A stretch of DNA of 55,873 bases from a virus (Duplodnaviria > Caudoviricetes), in the IMG/VR virus record IMGVR_UViG_3300028809_000018, positions 1 to 55,873 of that record; one strand, 5' to 3'. The notes under the pieces were generated by a model. The model saw only the letters and a program-made list of their open reading frames with translations. It did no database searches and had not been told where the DNA came from. This document shows, one piece after another, positions 8,790 to 17,475 of the stretch. How positions within the stretch are numbered: position 1 is the first letter of the stretch; every line of letters starts with the position of its first letter. The position numbers were made by a program, and so were the translations under genes.

Positions 8790-9635
8790 CTAGGCATCAA
8801 CCTCTTCGAGCTTAGCAGCGCGGTTCTTCTTGCGCCGCCCCTGGTACATCGGCAGTTCCTTGTTTTCGCGCTGGTTCTTGTTGTAGATCGGCACCAGCGC
8901 GACGTTGATGATCGACCGGAGCATCGGGCCGGGGTTGGCCACCGAGCGGTGGTAGACCCGAGCCTTCTCCAGGATGGTTTCCAGGCCGCCTTCGAACGCC
9001 GCCAGGCGCGTGGTGAACGCCTTGTCGTCGAACTTGCCCGGCCCCTCGCCGTCGTTGTCGTAGTGGTAGATCATCTCGGCGATCGCGTTGATGATCCGGT
9101 GATCGGCCGAGTTGGCGTCCAACGTCCACGCCCGGTCGATGATGGTGAGCGTGCGCTCGAAGGTCCGGAAGCCGTCGGGGCGGTTGACGATCTTCTGCGC
9201 GGTCGACACGGCGTGGAAGGACTTGCCGATCTCCAGGCCGAACGACTCGACGATGGCGTTGATCCGGACCGCGTCCTCCTGGCCCTCGTGCACGAGCATG
9301 CGGAAGTTGTCCGCGTTCGGCACGGTGGTCCGGGTGTTGTACCGACGGAACATCTCCGCCTCTTCGGCCAGCGTCAGACCGGTGTAGACGAGTGCGGTCA
9401 GCTCGGTGGGTGCGTCGCGCACCAGCTTGACCACCTCGGAACGGTGCCAGCCGTCGAGCGCGATGGTCTGGCCGTTGGCCCGCTGACTCATAATGAGCAC
9501 ACCGAGCATCGACTCATCGAATTCGGCGACCATCTTGTTGATGCGGTTGGTGTTCAGCCGGCTGCGCTGCACCCGGTTGTCGATGACGATGTCGGAGACT
9601 TTAATCTTCTTGATCGCCGGCTTGGTCTTGGCCAT
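8790..9635 (-). CDS. ParB/Srx-like N-terminal domain protein
   Basis: VQR...LDGWHR...EEAEMF motif; RBS GAAGGAGAGAA. Confidence 0.8.
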   Translation of the reverse strand: MAKTKPAIKKIKVSDIVIDNRVQRSRLNTNRINKMVAEFDESMLGVLIMSQRANGQTIALDGWHRSEVVKLVRDAPTELTALVYTGLTLAEEAEMFRRYNTRTTVPNADNFRMLVHEGQEDAVRINAIVESFGLEIGKSFHAVSTAQKIVNRPDGFRTFERTLTIIDRAWTLDANSADHRIINAIAEMIYHYDNDGEGPGKFDDKAFTTRLAAFEGGLETILEKARVYHRSVANPGPMLRSIINVALVPIYNKNQRENKELPMYQGRRKKNRAAKLEEVDA

Positions 9636-10539
9636 TCTTTCTCTCCTTCAGCCGTGTGAGCTGTACGTTGATTCTGCGGATCGGTGCGGTGATTTTGGTG
9701 ATTTCCTTTTGCCATTTTTCGATCTCCTCCAACGCGTGTTCGGGGGAGATCGCCGCGGCCGTTGGCAATGCGGCCACGATTCCTTGCATCAGGTTCAGCG
9801 ATCGGTTGATCGCCTTGGCCTGCGCCCTGATCGACTGCGAGCCGGCGGGAGGGCGCGGCTTGTCCGCTTCCCGCCTGGCCGCCCGATCCGGGTCGATCAT
9901 GTAGAGGACTTCGTCCGCCAAGCGGTACGGGTATTTTCCGGTCCCGTCGTACTTCTCCAACTCAGCGATGATCAGAGCTACGTTTTCGTGCTCGCTCAGA
10001 AAACGCTGCTCATGGATGCGGTGCATGACCCGCGAGAGGGCCAAAGTGGCTCCCATCGGGATGCCTTCGATCTCCGCCAGGAACACCGCAGGCGTATGCG
10101 GTCCGCGGTACGCCAAGGCGCCGTTGGGCCTGCCTTTCAGGGTTCCCCGCTTGCGGGCATTCGCCCGCCCATAGTTCCGGGACCGGTCGCCCAGAAGAAC
10201 CAACAGTTCGCCCAGATCCATGAACTTTTTCTGCTTGAAGTCTGCCGTCTTGTGCCGCTGCGCGACCTCCTGAAACAGCTTGGCGGTTGTGGGCCAGTCG
10301 TCGGTGGAGATCGCCCAAACTGTCGTCGCGTGCATCCGCTTCAGCGCCTCAACTCGACGCGCGCCGTCGAGGATGAGGTAGCTCCCATCGAGGATGACTG
10401 GGGCCTCTTGCCCGTTTTTCCTGATGGACTGGATGAGCGGCTTCAGGTCCCCCACATCCGAGCGGAAGGCGTAGACGGGGTTGGCGTTGAGAACGTCCTT
10501 CAGGGGGACATTGCCTCCGGCCACGTCAACTCCTCTCAA
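9601..10539 (-). CDS. ParB-like nuclease-domain protein
   Basis: LIQSIRKNGQEAPVIL...ILDGARRVEALK motif; start uncertain. Confidence 0.8.
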   Translation of the reverse strand: MRGVDVAGGNVPLKDVLNANPVYAFRSDVGDLKPLIQSIRKNGQEAPVILDGSYLILDGARRVEALKRMHATTVWAISTDDWPTTAKLFQEVAQRHKTADFKQKKFMDLGELLVLLGDRSRNYGRANARKRGTLKGRPNGALAYRGPHTPAVFLAEIEGIPMGATLALSRVMHRIHEQRFLSEHENVALIIAELEKYDGTGKYPYRLADEVLYMIDPDRAARREADKPRPPAGSQSIRAQAKAINRSLNLMQGIVAALPTAAAISPEHALEEIEKWQKEITKITAPIRRINVQLTRLKERKNGQDQAGDQED

Positions 10540-10591
10540 CAGCTAGGGGGCCGGGGCGGCAGGCGCGGTTGCCGCCCCGGCAGGGGGAAAG

Positions 10592-11425
10592 CTAGGCGGG
10601 GACGGGGGCTTCTTCGGTCGCCGTCTCGGCGGGATTGGGCAGACCGCTGCGCTCGTAGTCGAGCACCGGCGCGGCGCCCGGCGCGGTCGGGCGGTACTTG
10701 AGGTCGGTCACCTTCATGGTGACCCGCTCGGAGTAGTTCTCGCGGTAGTAGTGGTCGGCACCGTCGTACTCCTCGCGGTTGCGCCGCATCCACTCCTCAT
10801 CGTTTGCGATCTTGCGCTGCACCTCCGCGAACGCCTCCTCCTCGCCGAAGGCGACCGCCTTGTAAACGAGGTACTCCTCGGTCACCACGGGCTGCTCGAC
10901 AGCGAGCCGGAAGAAGTACGCCTTCTTCTCGGGCAGCGGCGGCAGGCCGAGCGCCGGCAGGACCGACTGGATGACGGAGATTGCGAGGCTGCCATCCTTC
11001 GCCGCCTTCTGGGCGATGGCCCTGATCGTCTCCATGGCCGCGGTCAGGTCCGCCGGAGGATTCTCCGGCACAACGAAGGGCACGATGGCGGGGACCTCGA
11101 AGCCCAGATCCTTCAGCGCCCGCAGGTCCGCGCCCCGCTGGGTGAAGGCAGCGACCCGGCGGGTGACCGAGGTGGCTGAGGTGGTGTCGTCGCCGTTCTT
11201 CCACTCGAAGTTCAGCTTGACGTCGAAGTTCCGGCCGTTGCCGCTGTTGAGGCGACCGGGGTTGTCTCCGGGAAGGCCCAAGCGGGACTCGCCCCACAGG
11301 GCGTTGTAGACGGCGGCGCAGTAGCCGTAAACGCCACAGAGATGGTCGGCGACCTCGGCGATCTTCTCGCGGAACGCGACGAGAGCTTCGCTCGGGGCGG
11401 GGGGTTTGGCGGTGAAGGCACCCAT
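10592..11425 (-). CDS. Hypothetical protein
   Basis: Start MGAFTAK with RBS GGAGAGAA; high-GC codon usage. Confidence 0.75.
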   Translation of the reverse strand: MGAFTAKPPAPSEALVAFREKIAEVADHLCGVYGYCAAVYNALWGESRLGLPGDNPGRLNSGNGRNFDVKLNFEWKNGDDTTSATSVTRRVAAFTQRGADLRALKDLGFEVPAIVPFVVPENPPADLTAAMETIRAIAQKAAKDGSLAISVIQSVLPALGLPPLPEKKAYFFRLAVEQPVVTEEYLVYKAVAFGEEEAFAEVQRKIANDEEWMRRNREEYDGADHYYRENYSERVTMKVTDLKYRPTAPGAAPVLDYERSGLPNPAETATEEAPVPA

Positions 11426-11558
11426 GGTTTTCTCTCCAAAAAGAATTGTGAAAGGTTCGGACTGCTTCGGACTGCTTGGTCGATTCTGAGTGGCGGACTC
11501 ATCCCATATCCGCCCGTCCGGCCCTACGACTAATGCCGGCTTCGCCCTCCGGGGCCGG

Positions 11559-11759
11559 TCAGGCGACGGTGTCGGCGGGCGCCGCAACCGGCTCGGCGGA
11601 AACGAGCGTGATCTCGCTCAGGGTGGCGTGGCGCGCGGGAACCGCGGGCGTCACCTCGAAGCGGGCGTAGCGGGCCTGGTTGTTCAGGCTCGCAACGAGC
11701 TTGGTGGGGTCGATGTCGCCGTCAACCTCGACGGCCACGGTGACGCGCTGCTTGGACAT
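11559..11759 (-). CDS. Small hypothetical protein
   Basis: MSKQRVTV..., RBS GGAGAGAGG. Confidence 0.65.
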   Translation of the reverse strand: MSKQRVTVAVEVDGDIDPTKLVASLNNQARYARFEVTPAVPARHATLSEITLVSAEPVAAPADTVA

Positions 11760-11843
11760 GGTGAAGCCTCTCTCCAATGTGGATTACAGGGAGAAGATGG
11801 GAGTAGCCAAAAATGACATGCCTGCGAAGTACTCCCATCTTCG

Positions 11844-11917
11844 TGGCGGGTAAGGGATTCGAACCCCTGACCTCCAGGTTATGAGCCTGGCGAGCTACCG
11901 AGCTGCTCCAACCCGCT
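11844..11917 (-). tRNA. tRNA-Met (CAT), initiator-like
   Basis: AGCGGGT-TG-GAGC..GCTC-G-CCAGG-CTCATAA-CCTGG-AGGTC-AGGGG-TTCGAAT-CCCTT-ACCCGCC-A; 1:72 mismatch; no encoded CCA. Confidence 0.93.
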
Positions 11918-11930
11918 GCGTACGAGTCAA

Positions 11931-11958
11931 ACTCTACACCCGCATATCCCCGTGTCAA
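11931..11958 (-). promoter_or_regulatory. Leftward promoter (TTGACA-N16-TAGAGT) with an ATATGCGGGT operator in the spacer
   Basis: Lies directly upstream of tRNA-Met and the replication operon. Confidence 0.7.
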
Positions 11959-11977
11959 GAAGAACCTCAGAGATTCT

Positions 11978-12006
11978 TTCGACACCCCCATAAACGGGCA
12001 TATGAT
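11978..12006 (+). promoter_or_regulatory. Rightward promoter for terminase (TTCGAC-N17-TATGAT), probably leaderless
   Basis: Near-consensus -10 a few nt before the in-frame GTG at 12013 and ATG at 12019; no SD sequence. Confidence 0.55.
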
Positions 12007-12018
12007 CATTTTGTGGGT

Positions 12019-13437
12019 ATGTCTCTCCAGCAACGGTACGCGATGCTCCCCGAGCCGGTCCGCCGCGACGCCATCGCGTCCCAGCCCGACTACATCAAGG
12101 ACGAGATGCTCCGCGGCGAGTGGTGGTGGACCGCCCGGCCCGAGCAGGTGCCGCCGGAGGACCTGCCCTGGTTTATCTGCCTCGCGCTCGCCGGCCGCGG
12201 CTGGGGCAAGAGTCGCGCCGGCTCGGAGTGGATGGTGGGGCGCATCCTGAAGCACCCTTACGACTCGTTCGGCGTGCCCACCGAATGGTTGGTGATCGGC
12301 GAGACGCTCTCCGACGCCCGCGCGATTTGTCTGGAAGGTCCTGCCGGAATCCTGCGTGTCTTGGAGAGAAAGGGCGTAGAGCACCAATTTCTCAAATCCC
12401 CACGTCCCAGGATTGTTTTCCCGAATGGGGTAAAGCTCCACACCGAGGGCGCGGACGACCCGGACGTCGGTCGAGGGTACAACGCAGCGGGCGCCTGGCT
12501 CGATGAGGTCTGCAAGTGGCGCTACCCCAAGGAATCCTGGGATGAGGGCATCATGCCGTCCCTGCGGGCCAACCTCGTGGGGGACCAGCCGCGGGCGTTT
12601 GTGACGACCACGCCTAAGCCGATCAAGCTCCTCCAGGAGTGGATCAAGCGCACCGACAACTCCATCCACATCATGCGCGGGTCCACATTCGACAATGCCA
12701 ACAACCTCTCGGCCGCCGTCCTGGTCGAGCTGCGCAACCGTTACGAGGGAACCCTCATCGGTCGCCAAGAGCTGTACGGCGAGATGCTCGAAGCGTTCGA
12801 AGGCGCACTGTTCAACCGGCTCGACCTGGAGAACTACCGGGTTACCGATACCCCCGACGGCATCATCAACACCATCGTCGGAGTCGACCCGTCGCTCACG
12901 GGCGAGGACGATGAGATGGGTGTTGTGGTGGTGGCCAACACTCGCGACTACCACATGTACGTGCTCGCCGACCGTTCGATCATGGCCGTGGGTCGGGCCG
13001 CCGCACTGCACGCGTGGCGCGCGGTCGCCGACTACGGCGCCGACATGCTCATCTACGAGGCCAACCTCGGCAAGCGATGGATGCAGACCGTCTTCGAGGA
13101 CGCCTACAAGGAGTCGTGCGACCTGGGGCTGTTCCCCAAGGGCACCCGGCCGCCCATGAAGCCGGTCGACGCAAAGCACGGTAAGCGCACCCGAGCCGAG
13201 CCCGTCGCCATGCGGTCCGAGCAGGGCAAGCTGCACATGGTGGGGCGCATGGAGGACCTGGAGGACCAACTCGTCACCTTCACCTCGTGGGGCGCGGACG
13301 AGTCGCCAGACCGGCTCGACGCCATGGTCCACGCCTGCCGTTGGCTGATGTCCAACGAGAAGAAGGCGTCGGCGATCTCGTCCCCGACGATGAGCGCGAG
13401 CCTTCAGAACCTCTTCGCTCAATCCCGGAACTGGTAA
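12019..13437 (+). CDS. terL: Terminase large subunit
   Basis: RPEQ Q-motif, Walker A GRGWGKS, Walker B AWLDE, TTTP, nuclease GVDP and DRLDA. Confidence 0.95.
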   Translation: MSLQQRYAMLPEPVRRDAIASQPDYIKDEMLRGEWWWTARPEQVPPEDLPWFICLALAGRGWGKSRAGSEWMVGRILKHPYDSFGVPTEWLVIGETLSDARAICLEGPAGILRVLERKGVEHQFLKSPRPRIVFPNGVKLHTEGADDPDVGRGYNAAGAWLDEVCKWRYPKESWDEGIMPSLRANLVGDQPRAFVTTTPKPIKLLQEWIKRTDNSIHIMRGSTFDNANNLSAAVLVELRNRYEGTLIGRQELYGEMLEAFEGALFNRLDLENYRVTDTPDGIINTIVGVDPSLTGEDDEMGVVVVANTRDYHMYVLADRSIMAVGRAAALHAWRAVADYGADMLIYEANLGKRWMQTVFEDAYKESCDLGLFPKGTRPPMKPVDAKHGKRTRAEPVAMRSEQGKLHMVGRMEDLEDQLVTFTSWGADESPDRLDAMVHACRWLMSNEKKASAISSPTMSASLQNLFAQSRNW

Positions 13438-13441
13438 CGAA

Positions 13442-13473
13442 AAACCCTCCGCACATGGGGTACGGAGGGGTTT
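13442..13473. terminator. Terminator hairpin between convergent genes
   Basis: AAACCCTCCG...CGGAGGGGTTT just after the terL stop. Confidence 0.65.
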
Positions 13474-13495
13474 CCGGGTTTGGCGTGCCTGATCC

Positions 13496-13687
13496 TCAGG
13501 CATGCCCTCTCATTGTAGTCAGCGTCTTGATGAGCTGGGTCCGCTCCATCTCCAGGCTGTCGATCTGCGCGTGCAGGTAGGCGAGGTGATTGGCGGTTTC
13601 GTTGACTTCGTCTTTCCGGTTTTCGATCGCCCGCTCAATGGCGCCCAGCTCGCGGATCACGCGCCATGTCGGGTCATCGCTCGACAT
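13496..13687 (-). CDS. Small coiled-coil protein
   Basis: 63-aa helical ORF in a coupled leftward run. Confidence 0.65.
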   Translation of the reverse strand: MSSDDPTWRVIRELGAIERAIENRKDEVNETANHLAYLHAQIDSLEMERTQLIKTLTTMRGHA

Positions 13688-13826
13688 GGGTCAGCTCGCG
13701 CTCGTTGCGCAGGCCCAAGGGCAGGATGCCGACCCAGGTGATCTTCCCGGCGAGCATGCGGAACCCGGCCAGCCAGCGCCGCGGCCACTCGCGCAGGGGG
13801 GGCACGTAAAACTCGTAGTTCTTCAT
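13674..13826 (-). CDS. 50-aa hypothetical protein
   Basis: ATGA overlap with the RNA ligase stop; MKNYEFYVPPLREW... Confidence 0.5.
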   Translation of the reverse strand: MKNYEFYVPPLREWPRRWLAGFRMLAGKITWVGILPLGLRNERELTHVER

Positions 13827-14503
13827 GGCTGGGGTACCCCCATGATCGGCTGAGTCCCGAGCAGGTCCTTCGTCTTGAGCTTGACGATAATCCGTTCACC
13901 CTTGCGGTTGAGCAGGCCCGGCGCGGACACGCCCACGAGGCCCTCCGCGACATGGTCAGCATTCCACTTCGACCGGAAGCCCTGCTGCACGATGCCGATG
14001 GCCTCGTTCAGCGTGCCGGTGTAGACGCGAGGAACGACGTCGAGCCCCATTTTGGCGGCGACGTCTTCGATGGAGGCGCGCTCCAGCCACCAGCCCACGG
14101 GCGCGTCTGTGCGCGGCACGTAGACGTCGAACATCACGAAGGACTGGTCGGCTCGATACACACCGCCCGACTGAATCCCGGCGCCGTAACCCTCGCCGTA
14201 GAGAATGGCGGGCGATTTGCCGAAAACCTGCTCCAGGATCTCTTCCGGGAACAGCTTCTCCAGTACGGGGATGAGCCGGGTGGGCAGTTGCGCGTTGTCG
14301 GTGCGTCCGCCGAACGTGCGCTCGTACCCGGTCCACATGATCCGGATGTTGGTTCCGTCAACCTTCTCGGTGAAGAACCACGGCGCGTTCTGGAGTACCT
14401 CAAACTCGCGGCACGACCAACGGCCGACGATGAGCTTGTTGCGGTCCGGCCCCTTTTCGGTGTTTCGCTCGAAGGGGCCAGGGATCTTTACGTACTCCAT
14501 CAC
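13823..14503 (-). CDS. RNA ligase (Rnl2-like nucleotidyltransferase)
   Basis: TEKVDGTN (motif I), LYGEGYG, FDV, EGLV, KLK. Confidence 0.88.
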   Translation of the reverse strand: MMEYVKIPGPFERNTEKGPDRNKLIVGRWSCREFEVLQNAPWFFTEKVDGTNIRIMWTGYERTFGGRTDNAQLPTRLIPVLEKLFPEEILEQVFGKSPAILYGEGYGAGIQSGGVYRADQSFVMFDVYVPRTDAPVGWWLERASIEDVAAKMGLDVVPRVYTGTLNEAIGIVQQGFRSKWNADHVAEGLVGVSAPGLLNRKGERIIVKLKTKDLLGTQPIMGVPQP

Positions 14504-14712
14504 GCCACCTTCGCATCCCGCTTGAGCATCGACTCCAGGGTCGCGCGAGCCGCCCCGTTCGCCATCGGGTCGTCGTCCCAGCCCTCAAGCTCCGCGACCG
14601 CATCGATGATCACTTCGAGCTGTTGCCGGACGTGCTCATCATCCGCCCACAGTCCCCCATACCGGTCGAGCATTGCCATAGCCGCGTTGACAGCCAGAGT
14701 GCGTGTATCCAT
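14500..14712 (-). CDS. Hypothetical protein
   Basis: Coupled to the RNA ligase start; MDTRTLAV... Confidence 0.6.
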   Translation of the reverse strand: MDTRTLAVNAAMAMLDRYGGLWADDEHVRQQLEVIIDAVAELEGWDDDPMANGAARATLESMLKRDAKVA

Positions 14713-14761
14713 TTCAGACTCCCATCTGATGTTGGTAGGGACCACCCGAGTGAGGACCGCG

Positions 14762-14833
14762 AAAGAAGCGCGGGATTTGAACCCGCAACCTCCGGTTCCA
14801 TATACCGGCGCTCATCCATTGAGCTAGCGTTTG
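14762..14833 (-). pseudogene. Degenerate tRNA-like element (anticodon ATG, His-type)
   Basis: Intact D arm (GCTC/GAGC), anticodon stem CCGGT/ACCGG with loop ATATGGA and T arm GCGGG-TTCAAAT-CCCGC, but three mismatches in the acceptor stem. Confidence 0.7.
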
Positions 14834-14951
14834 CGTGTAAGCGATCTTCGTTTGGGTGGCCCCTATGTAGTTGTGAGACACCCGAGTGAAGATCGCCGAT
14901 TTTTCATCCCATGAAGAAGCGTGTAGGCGATTTTCTATTGGATGGCTCTCG

Positions 14952-15020
14952 TGTAGACCCCAGGAGTCAAACCCGGCTCTCCGCTTTGCGGCGGCGTCGT
15001 CCCCCGACGACTTGATCCAC
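14952..15020 (-). pseudogene. Degenerate tRNA-like element (GCA, Cys-type)
   Basis: Acceptor GTGGATC/GGTCTAC pairs; D arm GTCG/CGAC; T arm CCGGG-TTTGACT-CCTGG; anticodon arm only 4 bp with a 6-nt loop CGCAAA (no U33). Confidence 0.6.
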
Positions 15021-15238
15021 TCAGTACCCCAGTGGCATATATCCCGAAGATACAGAGGCGCCTGGGGCTCTGTTGCTGGGCCGGCTTCAGTCTTCCTCAA
15101 CGGATAGGGGGTTGCGCCGCCCAACCGAACCGGCCCAGCAAGGAAAACCATACGGGCACATCCGGGTGCCGTCAACCCCAAAACCGCGATGTCCTGAACA
15201 TCCGGTTGGTGCTCTTGACCGCAGTTGACCATTACGCT

Positions 15239-15541
15239 ATGGATGTGATCGTTCTGGGCGTGTTCGTGCTGATGACGCTGTCCTGCGCGTCGCTCACCCG
15301 CCTGGCTGTCTCCGACTCGCTCACCCTCAGGTTTCGGCGCTGGGTGATCGCCCGATTCGGCGAGGACAGCAACTGGACGACGCTCGTGCACTGCCCATGG
15401 TGCGCGTCGATGTGGGTGGGCATACCCCACGTCCTCGCCTGGGGCCTCATAACGCTCCCGTGGGAATGGTGGTGGCTGATGGCGCCCGCCTCGCTCGCGA
15501 TGCGCTACCTGGTTGGGCTTCTGTCGCGGCTGGAGGGCTGA
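15239..15541 (+). CDS. DUF1360-like membrane protein
   Basis: RLTR..D.L motif (SLTRLAVSDSLT) and CPWCASMW; a family typically found just before the portal in these phages. Confidence 0.75.
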   Translation: MDVIVLGVFVLMTLSCASLTRLAVSDSLTLRFRRWVIARFGEDSNWTTLVHCPWCASMWVGIPHVLAWGLITLPWEWWWLMAPASLAMRYLVGLLSRLEG

Positions 15542-17475
15542 TGCCGGGGTTCCGCCGGAAAAACGTCGAGGTGATCGAACCCGTCGAGGTCGAGCGCACC
15601 GAGCACAGCCTCATCGCCTCCGCGATGAAGTACCGCTTCGACGACGCCAGCTACAACAACTACCGCTTCCGCGACGAAACGTGGCAGCGCGAGTTGTGGC
15701 GCCTCTACGACATCACGCCCGAGCTGAGGTTCTCCGCCAACTGGGTGGGCTCCGCGTGCTCGCGCGTGGACATCTACGTCGCGGAGGTCGACAAGCTCGG
15801 ACGCGTCCAGGGTCGGGCGAAGAAGAAGGAGATCGCCGCCCTCTCCGACACCATCTTCGGTGGCCCTGTTGCCCGCGCGGAAGCTATTCGGGCCGGGGCC
15901 ATCAACCTGACCGTCGCGGGCGAGTTCTACATCCTCGGTACCACCGCGAAGGACAGCGACAAGTGGTTCGTGCTGTCCAGCTCCGAGATCCGTCGCACCA
16001 AGCAGGGCGACATCTTCTGGGGCGACAAGAAGTACTACGAGGAGATCGTCGACTTGGCGAAGTCGATGGTCACCCGCGTATGGACGCCTCATCCGCAGCG
16101 GATCTGGTGCGCGGACTCGCCCGCCCGGAGCTGCCAGGCGATCCTGCGCGAGCTGGAGCAGTTGACCAAGTACGTCTTCAGCCAGATCGACTCGCGTCTG
16201 GCTGGCGCCGGCATGCTGGTCATCCCCAACAACCTGGACTTCCCGGCTGAGGACGGCATCTCGACCGCGGGTGAGTCGCTGATGATGCGTCTCGCCACCG
16301 CCATGGCCGCCTCACTGAAGGGCGAGGGCACCGCGACCGCGCTGGTTCCGCTGATCCTGGAGGCGGACCCGGAGGACATCGAGCGGTCGTTCAAGCTGAT
16401 CTCGTTCGCCTCCGAGCTGTCCAAGCAGGCGATGGAGCTGCGCACCGAGGCGATCCGCCGGCTGGCTGGCGGCATGGACATCGCGCAGGAGATCTTGACC
16501 GGCCAAGGCGACATGAACCACTGGTCGTCCTGGTTCGTGGACGAAGCCACGGTCAAGATGCACGTCGAGCCCCTGATGAACCGCATCTGCGATGCGCTGA
16601 CGGTGGCGTACCTTGAGCCCGCGCTCAAGGCGATGAAAGAGGACCCGAAGAAGTACGTCTACACCTTCGACACCTCTCCGCTCACCATCCGGCCCCAGCG
16701 ACTTCAGGACGCGCTCAACCTGTACGAGAAGGGCGCCATCGGTTACGAGGCGCTGCGGGTCGCCGGCTACTTCAAGGAGTCGGACGCACCGTCCAATGAG
16801 GAGTCGGTCAAGAAGTTCCTCATGGAGCTGATGCTGCGCGACCCCAACCTGTTCATGCAGGCGGGTTTGCGCGAGCTGATCGGCATTACCCCAGAGATGC
16901 TCCCGCCAGAGGCGCTGACTGCCCCAGTGCCCGGCGGTCCCGGCGGGGCGGGGCCGCCTCCTCCACCCGCCCCGCCACTTGGCATTCAGAACCCCGGCGT
17001 CAGCCCGACGCCGGACAACCTCGGGGCGCCGCCCATGTCGATCGGTGGTGGCATGCCCGCCGCGGGCGCACCGCAGGGCGGTGGCGGGCTCCAGGCCGCC
17101 GCGGTTCCGTTCGGCTCAGACCAGGTCGGCGTGCTGGTCGCCTCCAACGCTGCGGTCCTTCGCGCGCTGGAGATTGCGGGCGGCAAGCTCCTCGATCGAA
17201 CGCACAGGGGTATGCACCCACACACTCCCCGGCACGAGATGCACACACAGGTCCGCGCTCGTGACACCCTGCACGCCGCCTCCCTCCTGGAGGGGGCGTG
17301 GACGCACCTGCCGACGCTCGCGAATCAGTACTCGGAAGGTGTTGACATCGCTGCGTTGCGGGCGACGCTGACGCACTACTGCACGACGCTCCTCACGGAG
17401 GGCATCCCGCACGAGTCGCGCAATCTCCTGCCCATGCTCATCAACGACGGGCATCTCGATGGCCGCCTCTCGTGA
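15541..17475 (+). CDS. Portal protein
   Basis: First large gene of the head operon; PELRF..NW..SACSR, SRLAGAG and NHWSSW motifs. Confidence 0.85.
   Translation: MPGFRRKNVEVIEPVEVERTEHSLIASAMKYRFDDASYNNYRFRDETWQRELWRLYDITPELRFSANWVGSACSRVDIYVAEVDKLGRVQGRAKKKEIAALSDTIFGGPVARAEAIRAGAINLTVAGEFYILGTTAKDSDKWFVLSSSEIRRTKQGDIFWGDKKYYEEIVDLAKSMVTRVWTPHPQRIWCADSPARSCQAILRELEQLTKYVFSQIDSRLAGAGMLVIPNNLDFPAEDGISTAGESLMMRLATAMAASLKGEGTATALVPLILEADPEDIERSFKLISFASELSKQAMELRTEAIRRLAGGMDIAQEILTGQGDMNHWSSWFVDEATVKMHVEPLMNRICDALTVAYLEPALKAMKEDPKKYVYTFDTSPLTIRPQRLQDALNLYEKGAIGYEALRVAGYFKESDAPSNEESVKKFLMELMLRDPNLFMQAGLRELIGITPEMLPPEALTAPVPGGPGGAGPPPPPAPPLGIQNPGVSPTPDNLGAPPMSIGGGMPAAGAPQGGGGLQAAAVPFGSDQVGVLVASNAAVLRALEIAGGKLLDRTHRGMHPHTPRHEMHTQVRARDTLHAASLLEGAWTHLPTLANQYSEGVDIAALRATLTHYCTTLLTEGIPHESRNLLPMLINDGHLDGRLS

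Noticed and set aside
11456-11477. Tandem TTCGGACTGC x2 as a third array
   Set aside because: Only two copies and no delimiter/pentamer grammar.
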